Shown: positions 49,841-63,320, counted from the stretch's first letter. The stretch: DNA of 64,000 bases from Vitrella brassicaformis CCMP3155 (GCA_001179505.1 CDMY01000295.1:434001-498000); one strand, 5' to 3'. The notes: generated by a model not told the origin, from the letters alone. Numbers and translations: made by a program.

Positions 49841-52800
49841 TCACACGCCGCCATCCGAGTAGGAGGGTGGCAGCACGTCAGGCGGGCCATGCCCGTGGCC
49901 ATGCCCATACTCGCCCCACCACGCCCCACCGTGCAGCTCAGGCACACTCACAGAGATGGTGGCGTCCTCATGGGGATGCATGCAGTCGCCGCCAGCATTG
50001 CCACTGTCATTGCTGACGACGATGCGGCGCTCCCTCCCCCAGTAGCCGTCAGACATCGGCGATGGCAGCCGGGTGGGCGCCAGAGGCGGCAGCGATGGCT
50101 CGTCCGTCTCGCCCATCTCTTCTTGGCACACCACCTCTGATCCATCCATCCATCCACACCACACACAGCCATGAGCCTCTCTCCCTGTCTCTGTCTGTGT
50201 GTGTGCTGTCTTTGCAAACTCACCTGGTGCGTCCGCTTCCTCCTCTGTGGACCACTCAGTTGGTGGCAGTGTCCGCGTGTCTGAATGACCCGGCATGCCG
50301 GGAGGCGTGCTGTTGGGCTGCGGGACCCCGCTGGAGATCGGCTCGAAGGGCGGGCCGTAGAATAGGAAATCCCGGAAACCGACAAACACCAGCGCAGGAT
50401 CGTCGTCCTCGGCCCAGGCAAAAATGTGACACTGACAAGCGGACGGAGGGAGGGAGCGAGCCAGACAGCGCACATGGCATGGGTTGGCTGGTTGGTTGGG
50501 GTGTGCGTGTGTCTGCCCTGCCCTCTCACCTACCTCAGCAGCCTGTCTGTCAGGCTGTCTGAGCAGCCGCACGTTGGCCTGCAGAGGCTCCTGGTCCTCG
50601 GCCTTGACGGCCTTAAGCCGCCGCAGCGTGTCACGGTCGAACAGCTGCGCAAGCGGCACACCTGCACCAACACCACACCACACCACACCACACCGCACAC
50701 ACAGAGACAGGAGCTCGTGTGTAAGTCCCTGCAGGTATGTATGGCTGCCTGACACATACACACACACTGCCTGACCTTCAAGGACGCGCTGCTGCCACAG
50801 ATTGAGGAGTGAGCTGGACTCGATGAGGACCTCCTCCTGGATGTCGATCAGAGCGGTCGCCTCGAGCAGCGTGTCGGTGGTCTTCATGTAGCGCGAGAGC
50901 AGCTGTCGGTCGCGCGACTCGACACAGCGGCGGTCCGTGACATCCTGGATAAAGCCGTAGACGATGGGCGATGTGTCGCTCTCCTTCCGCCCGGCACACC
51001 TGAACCACCGACACTTGCCGTCGCTGCGCTCGTACATCAGCTGCATGGACGCACACAGCGCATGGCAGACACACACATGGATGGATGGATGGATGTACCT
51101 CCACTTCGAAGGCCCTCCCCTCGTCGGCACACTTGCGGATGGCGTCGTTGATCTTGGTCTTGCCCTCGGAGCCGACCACGAACTGCGTCCAGAAGCCCGA
51201 GAAGAATCCTTCCTCCCCCTCCCGGCTGTCCTCTCTATCAATCTGCACCAGCAGCTGACACGGCTCCTCCGCAACACGCTCGCGAAAGATCCTCACAGAT
51301 GGGGGCAGAATGCGCCTCTGGTGCTGGTGGACGGCGGCCGGCAACATGTAACCAGTCTGGTTCTGGTCTCGCTCGATCATGCCGCTGCAGGAGTAGAAGC
51401 AGCCGTCCTCTGTGGTAGTCTCCGACGGCACGTGCATGTTGACGTCGGCCGCCTCGCTCATCGGCCGTAAAGGGATGATGCCCACCATGTCCGAGTGCCT
51501 CGAGTGCCTCGGGGAGGACGGCTGCTGCCCCTCCACACACACCACCGGCAGGGAGCTGTCGTCTCGGGTGGTCGCTGCATCAGTGGATAGCTGCGGCGTG
51601 GAGGAACGAGGCGGCATGCACTGCTCCTTGGTGGGCGTCCTTGCAGCGGCCTTGAACAGGTTCAAGAAGGAGGAGGGGCTCCTGCGCTTGTTGGGCCTCA
51701 TGAGACGCCACTTGCGTAACCGCGGCCACCAGTGCGAAAGGCACAGCCACCTGCTCCTGGCTGAGCCGCTGGTGCCCTTTGAGGTCTCCGATGCTGGCTT
51801 GGGTGTGGTCGGGGCGGTGGACGACGTTTCTGGTGGTGGCTTGTAGACCGCCGGGCGGCCGGTGAGGACCTCGATGATCTTAGTCTGGTAGCAGGTGTCA
51901 GGCCGCTTGGTCGTGTCCCACTCCCTGCGGACCAGACAACGGATGGAAAAATGGCCCCCATGCAAAAGTGTGTGTGTGTCCATGCGCTCTCTGTTTGCTG
52001 TCTGTCTGTCTGTCTGGGTGGCTGACCATGCAGCGACCCCGATCATCGAGGCGAACCCCTCCAGCAGCCGAGACTTCTGCTCCTTCTCGCGGAGGGCCTG
52101 CTCCTTCTGGAAGAGTGCAGAGCGCGAGACGAGCTCCATCTGCCGGCTGCCCACGGCAAACAAGATGCACAAGACTGCACACACACACAACACACAAGCA
52201 CATGGGTGTGCGGCCGAGCGAGTGTGTGTGTGTGTGTGTGTGTGATAGACTGGCTTACCGGCGAAGGCCCACCCCATATGTGGGTTGAAGCCCATCTCCC
52301 AGTAGCACAGCCCCATCCCGACCACAAAGTGCAAGAGGATCAGGCAGGACGTCTCGAAGGAGTGGCACTTGATGATGAGCCATATGGCGAACAGCAGGTA
52401 CGTCTGTGCGAAGGGGGCGAACTGGTACCGCTGGAAGCGCATCGGGCCCATGGCCCACACGAAGCCCTCATCCTCTTTGTACGTCCATCTGCCCTGGAAG
52501 GCCGCCGCGCCGGCCAGCAAAAAGAACAGAGCGAAGGTCAGGTTCCACTCGATGCGGTTGTACTGCAGGGTGCGCTCCTGCACTGATGTCGCCTTGTTCC
52601 GCGCCAGCCGCGTGACGTAGAGGGTCTTGAGCCGTTTGCCGAGCAGCAGGTGGAGGACGGCCATCAGAGAGAAGCTGATGAATATGGTGGAGCGGGTGAC
52701 CTGAAGCCATCGAAGGGAACCAGACGGACAGGCAGACAGACAGAGGCACACAGGCGTGATGCACACCGGTCCTCTCTGCCCAGAGTGAGTGGCCGACTCA

Positions 52801-53232
52801 CTGACTCACTGACCATTATGAGAAAGGTGTCAAACTTGGAGATCAGGCGCAGGGCAAACCACACAAGGTGGATCTGAATGACACACGCACAGAGAGAGGC
52901 ACACGAACATAACAGCTAGTGTGACGGGTGCTTGTCGACGCTGAATGAATGCGTGTGTGTGTGTCATGCCCACCCACCAGGGCGACAAGGATGCCAATCG
53001 ACTTGAAGCAGTCACAGAAGTCTTCGTGTGCCGACAGCAGGTATTTCCTCTCCATCTCGGGGTCTGCAAAGCGGTACTTGAGCGTGGGGAACCAGCGCCA
53101 GACTGACTCGCACCCAATGGCCCTCCAGCTGCCCTGCCCGATGCACTCGCTGAGCAGGCGAGAGCAGCAGCAACCGCCGCCACACTCATTGTCCTTCCTC
53201 CCTGTCACCGAGCCGTCTAGATCTTCACTCAT
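49841..53232 (-). CDS. Multi-pass membrane protein with cytosolic PAS domain(s)
   Basis: Several hydrophobic helices at about 52130-53100 are followed by a short coiled coil (QKEQALREKEQK). PAS hallmarks: REWD, FEVE|VQLMYERSDGKCRWFRCAG..YGFIQDVTDRR. A weaker second PAS-like segment follows. Confidence 0.75.
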
Positions 53233-53519
53233 CTCATCTATCGCCTGAGCCGTCCTGCTCCTCAAGGATCAGTGGGAATGATGAAATAGTGGTGCCTGAG
53301 ATTGGTCCTTTGCGATGGAAGTCCTGGCTGGGACATGCGAGCTATTCACATGCGAGCTTGGTGGAATTCGAAAGTCCGGACGACGAAAGGCCCACGGGGC
53401 GACGAGGGTGACGAGCTGTGAAGGATGGACCCAGATCTAGTGCTTTTGCTGCTGATGTGATGATAAGGCAGTGATCCAGCGGTCTTTGTCACCGTCGCTC
53501 TCTAGGTCGCTCTTTGGCG

Positions 53520-54975
53520 ATGGCGCATCTGAGTCGAGCACACCATGCCCCCTTCCTCTTCAACCGGTGGGCCAAGTACGCGCCATCCAGCTACCACTTC
53601 AAGGAAATCAACCCATTCGCCAAAGTCCAATGGTACACCAGATTACCCTGACACACGCCGCACACACAGCTAAAGATGCGTTCATGCATTGCCTGCTGTG
53701 GTGTGTGTGTGTGTGTGTGTGTGTGTGTTTAGGACGTCGCAGCCGTACAAGGACCACAACATGCCGACCATCGCGCCCGACGCCAAGCCTCACGTGTCGC
53801 TCAAGACGGTGACCTACATGGACGACGACAGGGGCATCTGGCACGTCATCGATGCCGCCGGCAAGGTGAGGCACACAACACACCACGGACAGGCCCTGCC
53901 TGTGTGTTCCATTCATTGCAATCAATGTGGGTGTGGTATGGGTGTTGGTGTTGGTTGTGTTGGTTGTGTGCAGACGGTGGGCAGTGTGGCGATGAGGGTG
54001 GCGAAGCTGCTGATGGGCAAACACAAAGTCGACTATAACCCCAATATCATCACAGGTGGGTCGGGGCGGTGTAGTGTACCGACCTAGAACACGTGTGTTG
54101 TGTGTGCATCTGTCTGTCTGTCTGTCTGTGGGCGTCATTCGCGTCATTCAATTCATTTCATATGTGCCTCCAGGTGACAGTGTGATAGTGGTCAATGCCA
54201 TCCACGTCACCCTGCGCGGCCACATGTGGGACACCAAGGCATACAAATTCAACAGAAGAAGTCAGCAAGGGACAGAAGAAGCCACTCATCGGGCTCATCC
54301 AACCCACCTTACCTTTTCTGTCCCTTGCTCTCACCATGCAGCTCATTCCCGCGGTCCCAAGATCATGACGGCCAAAACCATGATGTACAGAAACCCGTCC
54401 ATGGTGGTAAGTACCTACCTACCTCCCTCGACAAGGGCATGGGGAGGACGGGACACATTCCTCCATGGCCTGGCCTGACTTGACTTAACTTGTCCCTTTG
54501 TTTGTGTGTGTGGGGTTGATTGATTCAGTTGAACTTTGCCGTCAAGCGGATGCTGCCCTGCAACGGTCTCCGCAACGTCAGATACAAGTCAGTGGGCCGC
54601 AGACAGACAGAGAAGAAAGAGCCAAGCCCGCCAAGATGGATGGATGTGATGTGCGTGTGTCGTCTTCCTCCGCGTGTGTGTGTCGTGGGTGCAGGAAGCT
54701 GTACGTGTACCCCGGGGCCATCCATCCCCACTGGGGTATCCCTCAGGTAAACGGCCCGCAAGCCACCGGTCCGTCCGTGTGTGTGTGTGTGTGTGCTACG
54801 CTGTGCTGTGGTGTGGTGTGGTGTGGTGTGGTGTGTGGCTGGCCAGGTGATTGTCCCTCGTGGCAAGGCCAAAGATCCCCCCGTGCCCCCCTTCACCATC
54901 CACCGAGCCTTGCCCGCGCACGACCACACACAAGACGCTGCTGCCCCTGCTGCTGTTGCTGCACAGGCCAGCTGA
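53520..54975 (+). CDS. MRPL13: Ribosomal protein uL13, organellar (probably mitochondrial)
   Basis: WHVIDAAGK|TVGSVAMRVAKLLMGKHK, GDSVIVVNA, AVKRMLP, KLYVYPGAIHPH. Seven GT-AG introns reconstructed. Confidence 0.88.
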
Positions 54976-55494
54976 CGAATGAGCGTGCTGCTGCTGCTCG
55001 CATGATGTGCATTGTGTACTGTAGAGGTGTGTGTGTGGTAAATGTAGGGTGGTCTGTCTGTCGTGGTCGTGCGTGTCTCGTGTGTGGCGTTGAGGCCTCA
55101 CTGAGGACACATGTAGGTAGTGGAAGCATCGTGACAGAGCGGGTGTTTTCCACTGCCTGCACGGCTGCTTGGTGAGGTCTGTGCCCACGCTGCACACACG
55201 GACGATTGAATGAGACGATTTAGGAAAGGCACAGCACGTGGAGTCTTTCTGTACGGTGTGGTGCTGGTGGTGGGTGTGGGTGATTTATGACGGACGAGAG
55301 ACCATTTAGTTCGTGAAGGAGCATTGCGCTGCATTCAGTGTATCCCGATTGTCTCGTGTGTCCGTCCCCTCCCTGTCCTCAGTCACTTTGAAGGCTGCCA
55401 TGCCAACCGACACCACGCCATGCAAGACAGAAGAGCCATGCATGCTCATGGACTGACTGTCCGGGTCGATCCCGTTGCTTGTTTCTTTCTGCTG

Positions 55495-56213
55495 CTACTT
55501 GTGCCACCAGTCCCAGGCCTGGTCGTACAGCCGGGTGCAGGCGCCCTTGACGCTCTCGGGCACCAGCTTTTCGGCAGCATCAGCGGCGGCCCCAGCGGCC
55601 ATGGAGCAGAAGCCCTTTGCCGCACTGGCAGTCGACGACAGCGCATCGAGTGCCGTCACCAGACCTGGCGGCACGTTATCGTGGTAGAGACGGGTGAACG
55701 CCTCGTGTGTCGTCTGTCCTGCCTTGTCGGTCGCCCGCTTGTAGAGGCTGTTGGCCTTGTCGAGGTGCTCCTGCGCTTCGGCGAGGTGGGCATCCGTCAC
55801 AGAGATCCCGTAGCTGGAGACTTTGGCAGCGTGGGCTTCTTTGTAGGCCTTGCGGTACAGTTCCTGGGCCTCCTGACGGACCACGGGCAGAGGCACGCAG
55901 CAGCTGGGGAGCATGTCATCGACCTACATAGAATCCTTCTCACCATCAAGCCCTGTGTCGCCTGGCCTTTCGCTGTCTGTTTCTCTGCGGCATTGGGGGC
56001 TTTGTTCAGGCCTGCAATGTCCATGACCTCCTCCAGCGCCTTCTTGGCCTCGTCTGCGAGGTCCATCAACCTCAGGGAGGCATCGAGGAGCTGCTGTTTG
56101 TCGTACTTCGGCTGCCCAAGGCCGTGACTGAGGTCGGCGGCTGACGCACCACGGGGGACGCATGCCACCAAGAGAATGAGAGAAATGGAGAGGAAGCAGC
56201 TGGAGAGCGACAT
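55495..56213 (-). CDS. Hypothetical secreted alpha-helical protein
   Basis: Signal peptide MSLSSCFLSISLILLVACVPRGASA. Intron 55924-56027 joins KKALEE|VDDMLPS in frame. Confidence 0.6.
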
Positions 56214-56496
56214 GACCAGTGTCAGCTGGACTCACAGAGAGACGCCCCCAAGACCCCGCTGTAAATTCAAGAGTATTGAATTGTAACGCATCCTAGACAC
56301 CGTTTCAAGGCAACCAAATGTGGGTGTTTGTTTCCTTGGCTTTGCTAGCCAAGAACTTTGCGGGGAGCGCGCAGTCGCTGTGGCCCCGCCCGCCCTGTCT
56401 GATGTGTCTGACAGTAGGTCAATACTATCGACATCCCTCCCTCCCTCCCTTCCCCGCGCATCCGTCCGTCCGCCCATCCCTCCCTCCCTCCCTCCC

Positions 56497-59400
56497 TCAG
56501 TGCACCTCCTCCCTCGGCCGACTTGGCTTGTTTCTCAGCGTCTTGTCGTTCCACGCGTGTGCATTGTAGCTGTATGGGTACCCGTTGGACCCCTCGCCCT
56601 GGGGAGGCGGGCTCACAGGCTCGCCGAGGTCGTCAGTCGACACGCTCGCCGGCACACACAGCGGGCTAGGCGCGGGCATGGACTTGGTGGTGCTGCTGGC
56701 CATCATGCCGTCCTTGGCCGCCCTTCCTGCGGCTGCTGCTGCTGCTGATGGGGGGTCGCTGGCTGAGGCGGGAGTGGGAGCCGGAGGGACGAGGGGCTTC
56801 ACACGCGCCTGATGATAGACAACACCACATCGCACAACACACGGTGCACACGTCATGAGCTGGGGAGACAGGTCTTCGCATATGCGCACCTGCTTCGGCT
56901 CCGGCCGCCCGTTAACCTGCCTCCCACGGCCCGGCTCATGGTTGCCCTCCTCCCGGCCATCGTCAACGTCATAGTCATACTCATCGTGGTCGAGGTTCAT
57001 GTCGTCCTCTCCCGATCGCGGCGTCTCGGCCTGGCCGATGTCGATGCACTGACACATGGGGGTGCTGTCACTCATGGCCGCCATGTCCATGTCGTCCTTG
57101 CTGGTCGTGTGGGGGGCCGACGCGTGCACGGCGCGGGGGTCGTCCTGTGGTGAGAGAGCGGCACAGGAGACAGACAGAAAGGTGTGTAGTGGGGGGAGTC
57201 GTGGTAAGGTACCTACCTTTGCTGCTTCTTCTGGGTCGTCTGCGGGGACTTCGTGGGAATAGGCATACCTAACGAGGTCAAAGGCCACCACTCATTCACT
57301 GAAGCTCTGAGGGACGGATGGCGTCTCTTTGGTCAAGGGAACGGACCTCTGTGAGTTCTTGTGCGGTGCCCAGAGGTACATGATGCAGACCAGGACCGAA
57401 ACGAAGATGAGGTGGTTGACACCATCGGTGAACCACCACTCACTCCGCCAGTACAGACGGATGTTCTGGGGCAGAGGGGCAGAGACACACACACACACAC
57501 ACACATTCTTCATAGAGTGAGTGAGTGTCTTCCGTGTGTACCTGACCTGTGAGAAGGCGTAGAAGGAGTAGAGTAGGTTGATGGCTGCACACGCGACTGA
57601 TATCACGAGCACTGTACACAGCCGCCAAAACAAGGCCAGCTTCTCGTGCTGACGGCGATAGCGCAACTTCTGCACACACACAGAGACACACAAACAGACG
57701 TGTGTGGTGTGCACCCTCCCTCTCTGTGTGTCTGCCGTGCTGTGTGTACCTTGATGAGCGAGGTGAGTGCGGCGAAGGTCCAGTAGAAGATAATGAGGTT
57801 GAGGAGGGCCACGGGCACAAAGCAGAACATGATGATCACCGACGACAGGTGGTATGAGTGCCGACTCAACGACAGTATCAGCTCCCTACACAACACAACA
57901 CAACACAAGAACCAACCACACACACACACACACACAGACGCCATGCCTTTCCTCGTATTCTGGTCTCTCTCTCTCTCTCTCTCTCTCCGTCTCTCTGTTA
58001 CTAAGTTACTTGATGGTGTCCAGGACAATATACAAGATTACGATCACCTGTACCCTGCACACCGTCCCGTTGTCAAGCGTCGGTCTCGTCACGCCCCACC
58101 CCAGACTCGCCACCAGCACCAGCATGTAGCTGAACACGTTCTTGGTCACAGACAGCAGCAGCGACACGAAGAACAGCCCAAACCCCCTCACGCCCCGCTG
58201 GTTCCAGTCGCTGTACAGCCAGTACCAGAAGAAGCACTCCAGGAACCCCAGCAAGATCACGCCCCCAATGCAGTTCTGCAGCATGATCAGCTCACGCCAG
58301 TACCTCGCCGACGCCATGACCCAGACGAGCAACAGCAGCAGGTAGCCGCCCGTCAGCCACCCGTAGAACACGAGCTTGGGGTACTCAATGCCCGGCAGAT
58401 AGCCATAGGGGTTCCGCACTATCACTCGCCCGGAGAGCTTGACGGGCAGCTGTGTGGGGTATGCCGACTGGGTCAGGGGGGCGTTTGCCGAGATGGGATG
58501 GGTGGTCACAGGTGAGAGGGTGGTGGGCTTGGGGCCACTGGTGGTGTTGCTGCCTCTTGTGGTCTGTGGCTGTGTGCCATCGACAGCCGCCGAGGGGAGG
58601 GGGAGGTAGACCAGGCCTGACTTGTCGCCACAGTTGCTGAAGGCCAGCATGTACACGCCACTCTCGCGAATCAGGTGCTTCTCGCGAGGCGGCAGCTCAC
58701 TTTCGTCCGCAGGCAGCCGCGTCACGTGGCTGAACAGGGCCTTGTTGGTGCCAGGGTCGTGGTGATGGCGTTCCTTGCCGTGGTGTGGGTGTGAGTGGTG
58801 CTGCACCTTCATGAGCGTGTCCTGCCTCGCACAGACGTCCGGGTGGTTGCTGACGTCCTTGGGGCTGCAGCAAAACTTGTGCGGGTTGACCTGGTCCCAG
58901 AAGTCTTTGTACTTGGTCAGCGTCAGCTCGATGCTCTCATACCCCCGGTAGTCGCTGGTAGTCACAGCCATCCCAGACGCCGCCGACGACTCGTTGCCGG
59001 TGTCCCCCGTCTGCTGCTGTGGCTGCTCCACGGTCGGCATGACGAGCCGGAGTCCCTCAAAGATGATGACCGCCTCCCGCCCGTTGCCCTTAGCACTCTT
59101 AGCCTTGGATGACACATCCTCGATGTCGACATCGATCTTGGACGAGTGGTGGCGGCGCGACTGCCGCCCGTCGTCGAGCTCAGGCGGCTGGTGCTGACCG
59201 AACACCAGCTGCTGGAGAGCGCCGAGCCACCGTCCCAGCCTCCTGAGCTTCTCTCCTGGTCTGATGTCATTGTCATTGTCTGGGTGGGAGTCAGATTCGC
59301 TGTGCGGCGGCAGGACGGAGGCCAGGGTGAGAGCGAGGTGGGTGGGGAGGTAGGTGGAGAGGGACTGCAGGTCTTGGTGCGAGTAGATGTAGTAGTACTG

Positions 59401-59595
59401 CAGGACCTTGAGGGTGCGGTTGGAGGGGATGCTGATGGGGTGGGACGAGAAATCCAACACTTGGGACCGCACATGGCATGACCGATGGCTCAGCAATGTC
59501 AGCAATACATATGAGATGGAACGAAAAAGAGAGCGGCTGAGCGGATTGATTCTTCTGCTTGCCCTGTCGTCGTCGCCTACAACCACAGCAGCCAT
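56497..59595 (-). CDS. Lung seven-transmembrane receptor family protein (TMEM87/GPR107-like)
   Basis: RNPYGYLPGIEYPKLVFYG, ELIMLQNCIGGVILLGFLE, LVLVASLGWGVTRPTL, FYWTFAALTSL, WRSEWWF, YLWAPHKNSQR. Confidence 0.9.
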
Positions 59596-59641
59596 GAAAT
59601 GAATGAGCAGGAAAACCGTTCGAAGCTCGCCAGTTCCCCTT

Positions 59642-59672
59642 AGACTGACAGGGTTTCGAACCCTGTCGGTCT
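59642..59672. other. Inverted repeat/hairpin in the divergent promoter between the TMEM87-like and RABL3-like genes
   Basis: AGACT-GACAGGGTT-TCG-AACCCTGTC-GGTCT: a perfect 9-bp stem that extends to 14 bp with one wobble or mismatch. Confidence 0.75.
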
Positions 59673-59799
59673 TGCTGAAACCGCTGCTGCCCCGATGGGA
59701 GATCTGAGCTGCTGCAGCGCACGTCAAGACCTGCAGGGCCAAGATCTCCACTGATCTGGCGGATTCGATTCAGGTGAGCACCTCTCTCCCCTGATCGGA

Positions 59800-61182
59800 A
59801 TGGAGCAGCTGGACCCCCTCCCGAGGAGCGTCAAGATAGTCGTCCTGGGCGACGCGGCCGTCGGCAAAACAGAGCTGCTGCGCGTCCTCTGCCCCAACGA
59901 CAACGGCATCTCCACCAGCAGCGGCCCGCCTTCGCCCTTCGCTGGCAGCCCGGGGGCACTGATGTCAGCCGAGATCAGGCGGCCCGTGGCGTCGTGGACG
60001 TGCGGCTGTCGGGTGAGCGTGCGCATTCATCCGCTGGAGTCTGGCGATGGCCCCGACGGCGGCAAGGGCGGCGTGCCGGTAGAGTTTTGGGATGTGGGCG
60101 GCACCAGGGCATACGCTGGGGCGAGGAATGTCTTCTTTGATGGGCTTGACGGTCAGTCGGGGGCTACCACACACACACACACAGAGGCGGACAGAGGGAG
60201 GATGTGTGGCTGTTTGGTTTGTGTGGTGCAGGTGTGTTGTTGGCGTATGATGTGTCAAACCTCAAGTCGTATCGCAAGCTGAGCCAGTGGCTGATGGAGG
60301 TCTGCCAGAGGGCCGCACCGCCATCACGGGCATTCTGGCACGGCGAAGCCAACAGGGATAAAGTCGCCCCGGATGAGCAGCCAGGCCCCGCTGCTGCCGA
60401 AAGGTCAGTCCATGGAAGGCACACCCAGACACGTGTGTGTGTGTGTGTGTGTGGATTCTTGTCCCTCTCGTCCTTTCCTGTCTGATCCAATCACTGCAGT
60501 GATGACGGGCCTGACGTGGAGAATCCGACGACAGGTAGGCAACGCACAAGCCTGCCTGTGGACCCATGTATCTCGCGTTGTGTTGATCTGTGTGGCGTGT
60601 GGTCGTCGTCAACCAACTGCATCCAGCTGAGTGTCTGTTGAGCGGCCGGTGTCCGATCCTGATAGTGGCCAACAAGGTGGACCTCCTGACCTCCCACTCA
60701 CACACACGGCCCCCGCCACAGCTGCCACCACCACCACCACTTGTCGATAGGTACACACGAGTGCCAGACAACCATGCAGCCAGTCGGCAGCAGAAGTGAG
60801 TCTGCCTCTCTCCATTGTGTGCGTGTCTGTGTGTCAGGTTGTTTGGCAGTCAGAGTCTGCACCACTTCATGGACGACCTGTGGCTCGATTACAGCAGAAA
60901 GAAGGTGACTGACGACTGACGCCTCAGCAGCTGGCTCGCGCCATGCAGCAGCTTCCATGGATGTCTGTCGTGTGCAGGGTTACGAGAGCTCTCTTTTGGC
61001 GTCGCGAGTTCTGCAGCTGCTGCGGGAGGCGCCCGAGATGCAGACGGTGAGTAAGGCGGGCGGCCCACTGCCCACATGCCACAGTGTTTGTTTTTCAGAG
61101 TGCCCGTTCTGGGTGGTACGACATGGGCGTGCTGAATGAGTTCCTGCAGAGGGCTCACCGATTCCACCTGGAGAGAGGCTGA
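59800..61182 (+). CDS. RABL3: Rab-like small GTPase, RABL3/LIP1 family
   Basis: KIVVLGDAAVGKT, SWTCGCRVSVR, VEFWDVGG, FFDGLD|GVLLAYDVSN, ILIVANKVDL. The family-typical W-T-x-G-C segment is present. Confidence 0.8.
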
Positions 61183-61622
61183 CCGCAGACACACACACGC
61201 CTGTGACTAACGAACGGGCGGGAAGGGCAGTGCGTCGTCTGCTTTGGTGCGGTGTCGGAGAGAGGAGGTGGGACGGGGAAGCGGAGGCGTGCAGGCAGAG
61301 AGAGAGACGTCCGTACGGGTGGGTGTGCGTCAGTGTGTCGGTGCATTGATGTACAGATTATGCATCGGCGGGCGAACATGCAGCCAGAGAGAGACAGAGG
61401 CTTGTTGCATTGAATGCTTTGGCAGGCAGCCTCTCGAGATTTCTCAGCGCGTGCTATGGTGGGGTCAAAAGTGCAGGGTTTGTAAACCTTACCCTTGGAC
61501 CAGGAGGACGGAGAGATGAGAGAGCTGTCGCGTTCCCGCCATTTGCGTCTGGACCGTCTCAGAGGCTGTGCGTGCAAGATCTCAGCGGCACGAACGCATC
61601 TTTTCTCCTGCCCGAGGACGAC

Positions 61623-62662
61623 ATGTCAGCAGACAGGGAGCCTCGTACGCGTCAGCTGCCCGCTCCCTTTGTGACAGGTCCGCCCGTCGGGGATTCGACG
61701 CGAGATGAATTGTGGAAAGGTGAGTGCGGCCGGACATCGATGCGGGTGTCTGTCTGTCTGTCTATCTGGCTATTCTTTGTTATGGTTCCCTCATTCAGGT
61801 CAGTGGAGCGATGGCATCTGTGACTGTTTCTCCGACGGACCGTCCTGTATTCTGGGAACGGTGGGGCTCTGCTTGTCGCCCGTCTACGCCTTCCTCAAGG
61901 TGAAGATATGCAGGGCATGCAGGCACCGAGAGGAGAGGGAGTGCCTTAATCCCATCTTATTCACGGATCTCCCTCTCCTTATCTCTCTCCTTAACATGCG
62001 CGTGTGCAGGCGTGGCCGTTGGCACAGGTGAAGCTGCTGCCGCTCTGGGCTGGCGTCCTGGTCTTCAGCGCCGTCATGCTCACCGGCGGCTTGCTCACGA
62101 CGATATTGGAGCATGTCTACCCCTACTACTGGGTCCATGTCTTGAACACCAACGAGTCCTACCTCAACGACGAGAGCGTCCACCCCGAGGACAGGCCTAG
62201 CTCGAAAATCACGGTGTTCTGGCCGGTCGCGGTAGTCGGCAGCGTTGTCGCCTTCATCGTTTTTCTTGTCTATCGAACCAAACTGAGGAGGTACGCAGGC
62301 GGATGGCCGGCTGCAGTGCTGGGAGGGACCCGATGGATGACTCACTGACACAATACTGGTCTGTCTGTCTGTCTGTCTGTCTGTCTGTAAGATATTACGG
62401 CATCGCAGCAACCGATGGCTGCGGCGACTGCTGCTGCGTCTATTGGTGTATGCCGTGCACCGTCCTGCAGGAATACAGACACGTGCTGAGGGCCCGAGGC
62501 TTCAAGGATGACCTTCCCCCGCCGGCTGTCATGGCTTACCAGCAGAACGGAGTCGCACCGTATGTGATTGGAAGACCGCAACTGCAGCCGCAGACGGGGA
62601 CTCCAGACCAATCGACTGGCGACCATGGTGTCCATTATGTGTTTGACACCCGACATAAGTAG
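61623..62662 (+). CDS. PLAC8 (DUF614) Cys-rich membrane protein
   Basis: GQWSDGICDCFSDGPSCILG..LCLSP at the start and RTKLRR|YYGI..DGCGDCCCVYWCMPCTVLQEYR at the end. Confidence 0.85.
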
Positions 62663-63320
62663 GTAGATGAGTCGAGGGCCAGTACATCGGTATTGATGAA
62701 TGGTGTGCTCGATCGGCTGTGCGTGTCTTTGCAAATTGTGTGGCACGGGCAGCCAGCCAAACAGGCAGGCAGGCAGACAGGCAGGCAGGCAGGCAGAGAC
62801 TTCTCGTGCATGGTTTATCGTGGTTGATCAGTGTGTGCAAACGGCACCCAGATGCATTGTGACACGCATTGGTTTTGCGGCTGATTATTTATAGGACCTG
62901 TGTGTGCCCTCTGGGCTGCTTGCGACTTGTATGGCTCTCCGGCTGATTGAGATAGGTGTGCACGTGTAGACTGATGACCTGTTTGTAACGTGCGCTGTTT
63001 GTTCCTCTGTGTCTGTCATGCATTGCACCCATCAATCCACTCACAACTTCACTCTCAGTTCGTCCGTTGATCATTTTGTGTCGTCAGCGACTTGTCTGTC
63101 CTGCATCTCACGCTCATGCCTCGTTCGATACTCCAACTAACCACACACGCAAAACACACATCCACATGTGTCTGTCTGTCTGAATCTGGCTGACCTGGTT
63201 CTCTCCGACCAACACGATGTCGGCTGCTGCCTTTGCCGGATCCACCTTGGCCCACCTGCACACATCACACGCAGACACACACACTCATCAGCTGCTGTCC
63301 TTGTTGTGTGTCTGTGTGTC

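Noticed and set aside
53457-53531. Possible C/D-box snoRNA (GTGATGA ... CTGA)
   Set aside because: There is no terminal stem or recognisable guide, and it overlaps the uL13 start codon.
55924-55943. Apparent 20-nt GT-AG intron that would join two ORFs in frame
   Set aside because: An upstream donor (GAG|GTCATG at 56027) gives an ordinary 104-nt phase-0 intron to the same acceptor, which is more plausible.
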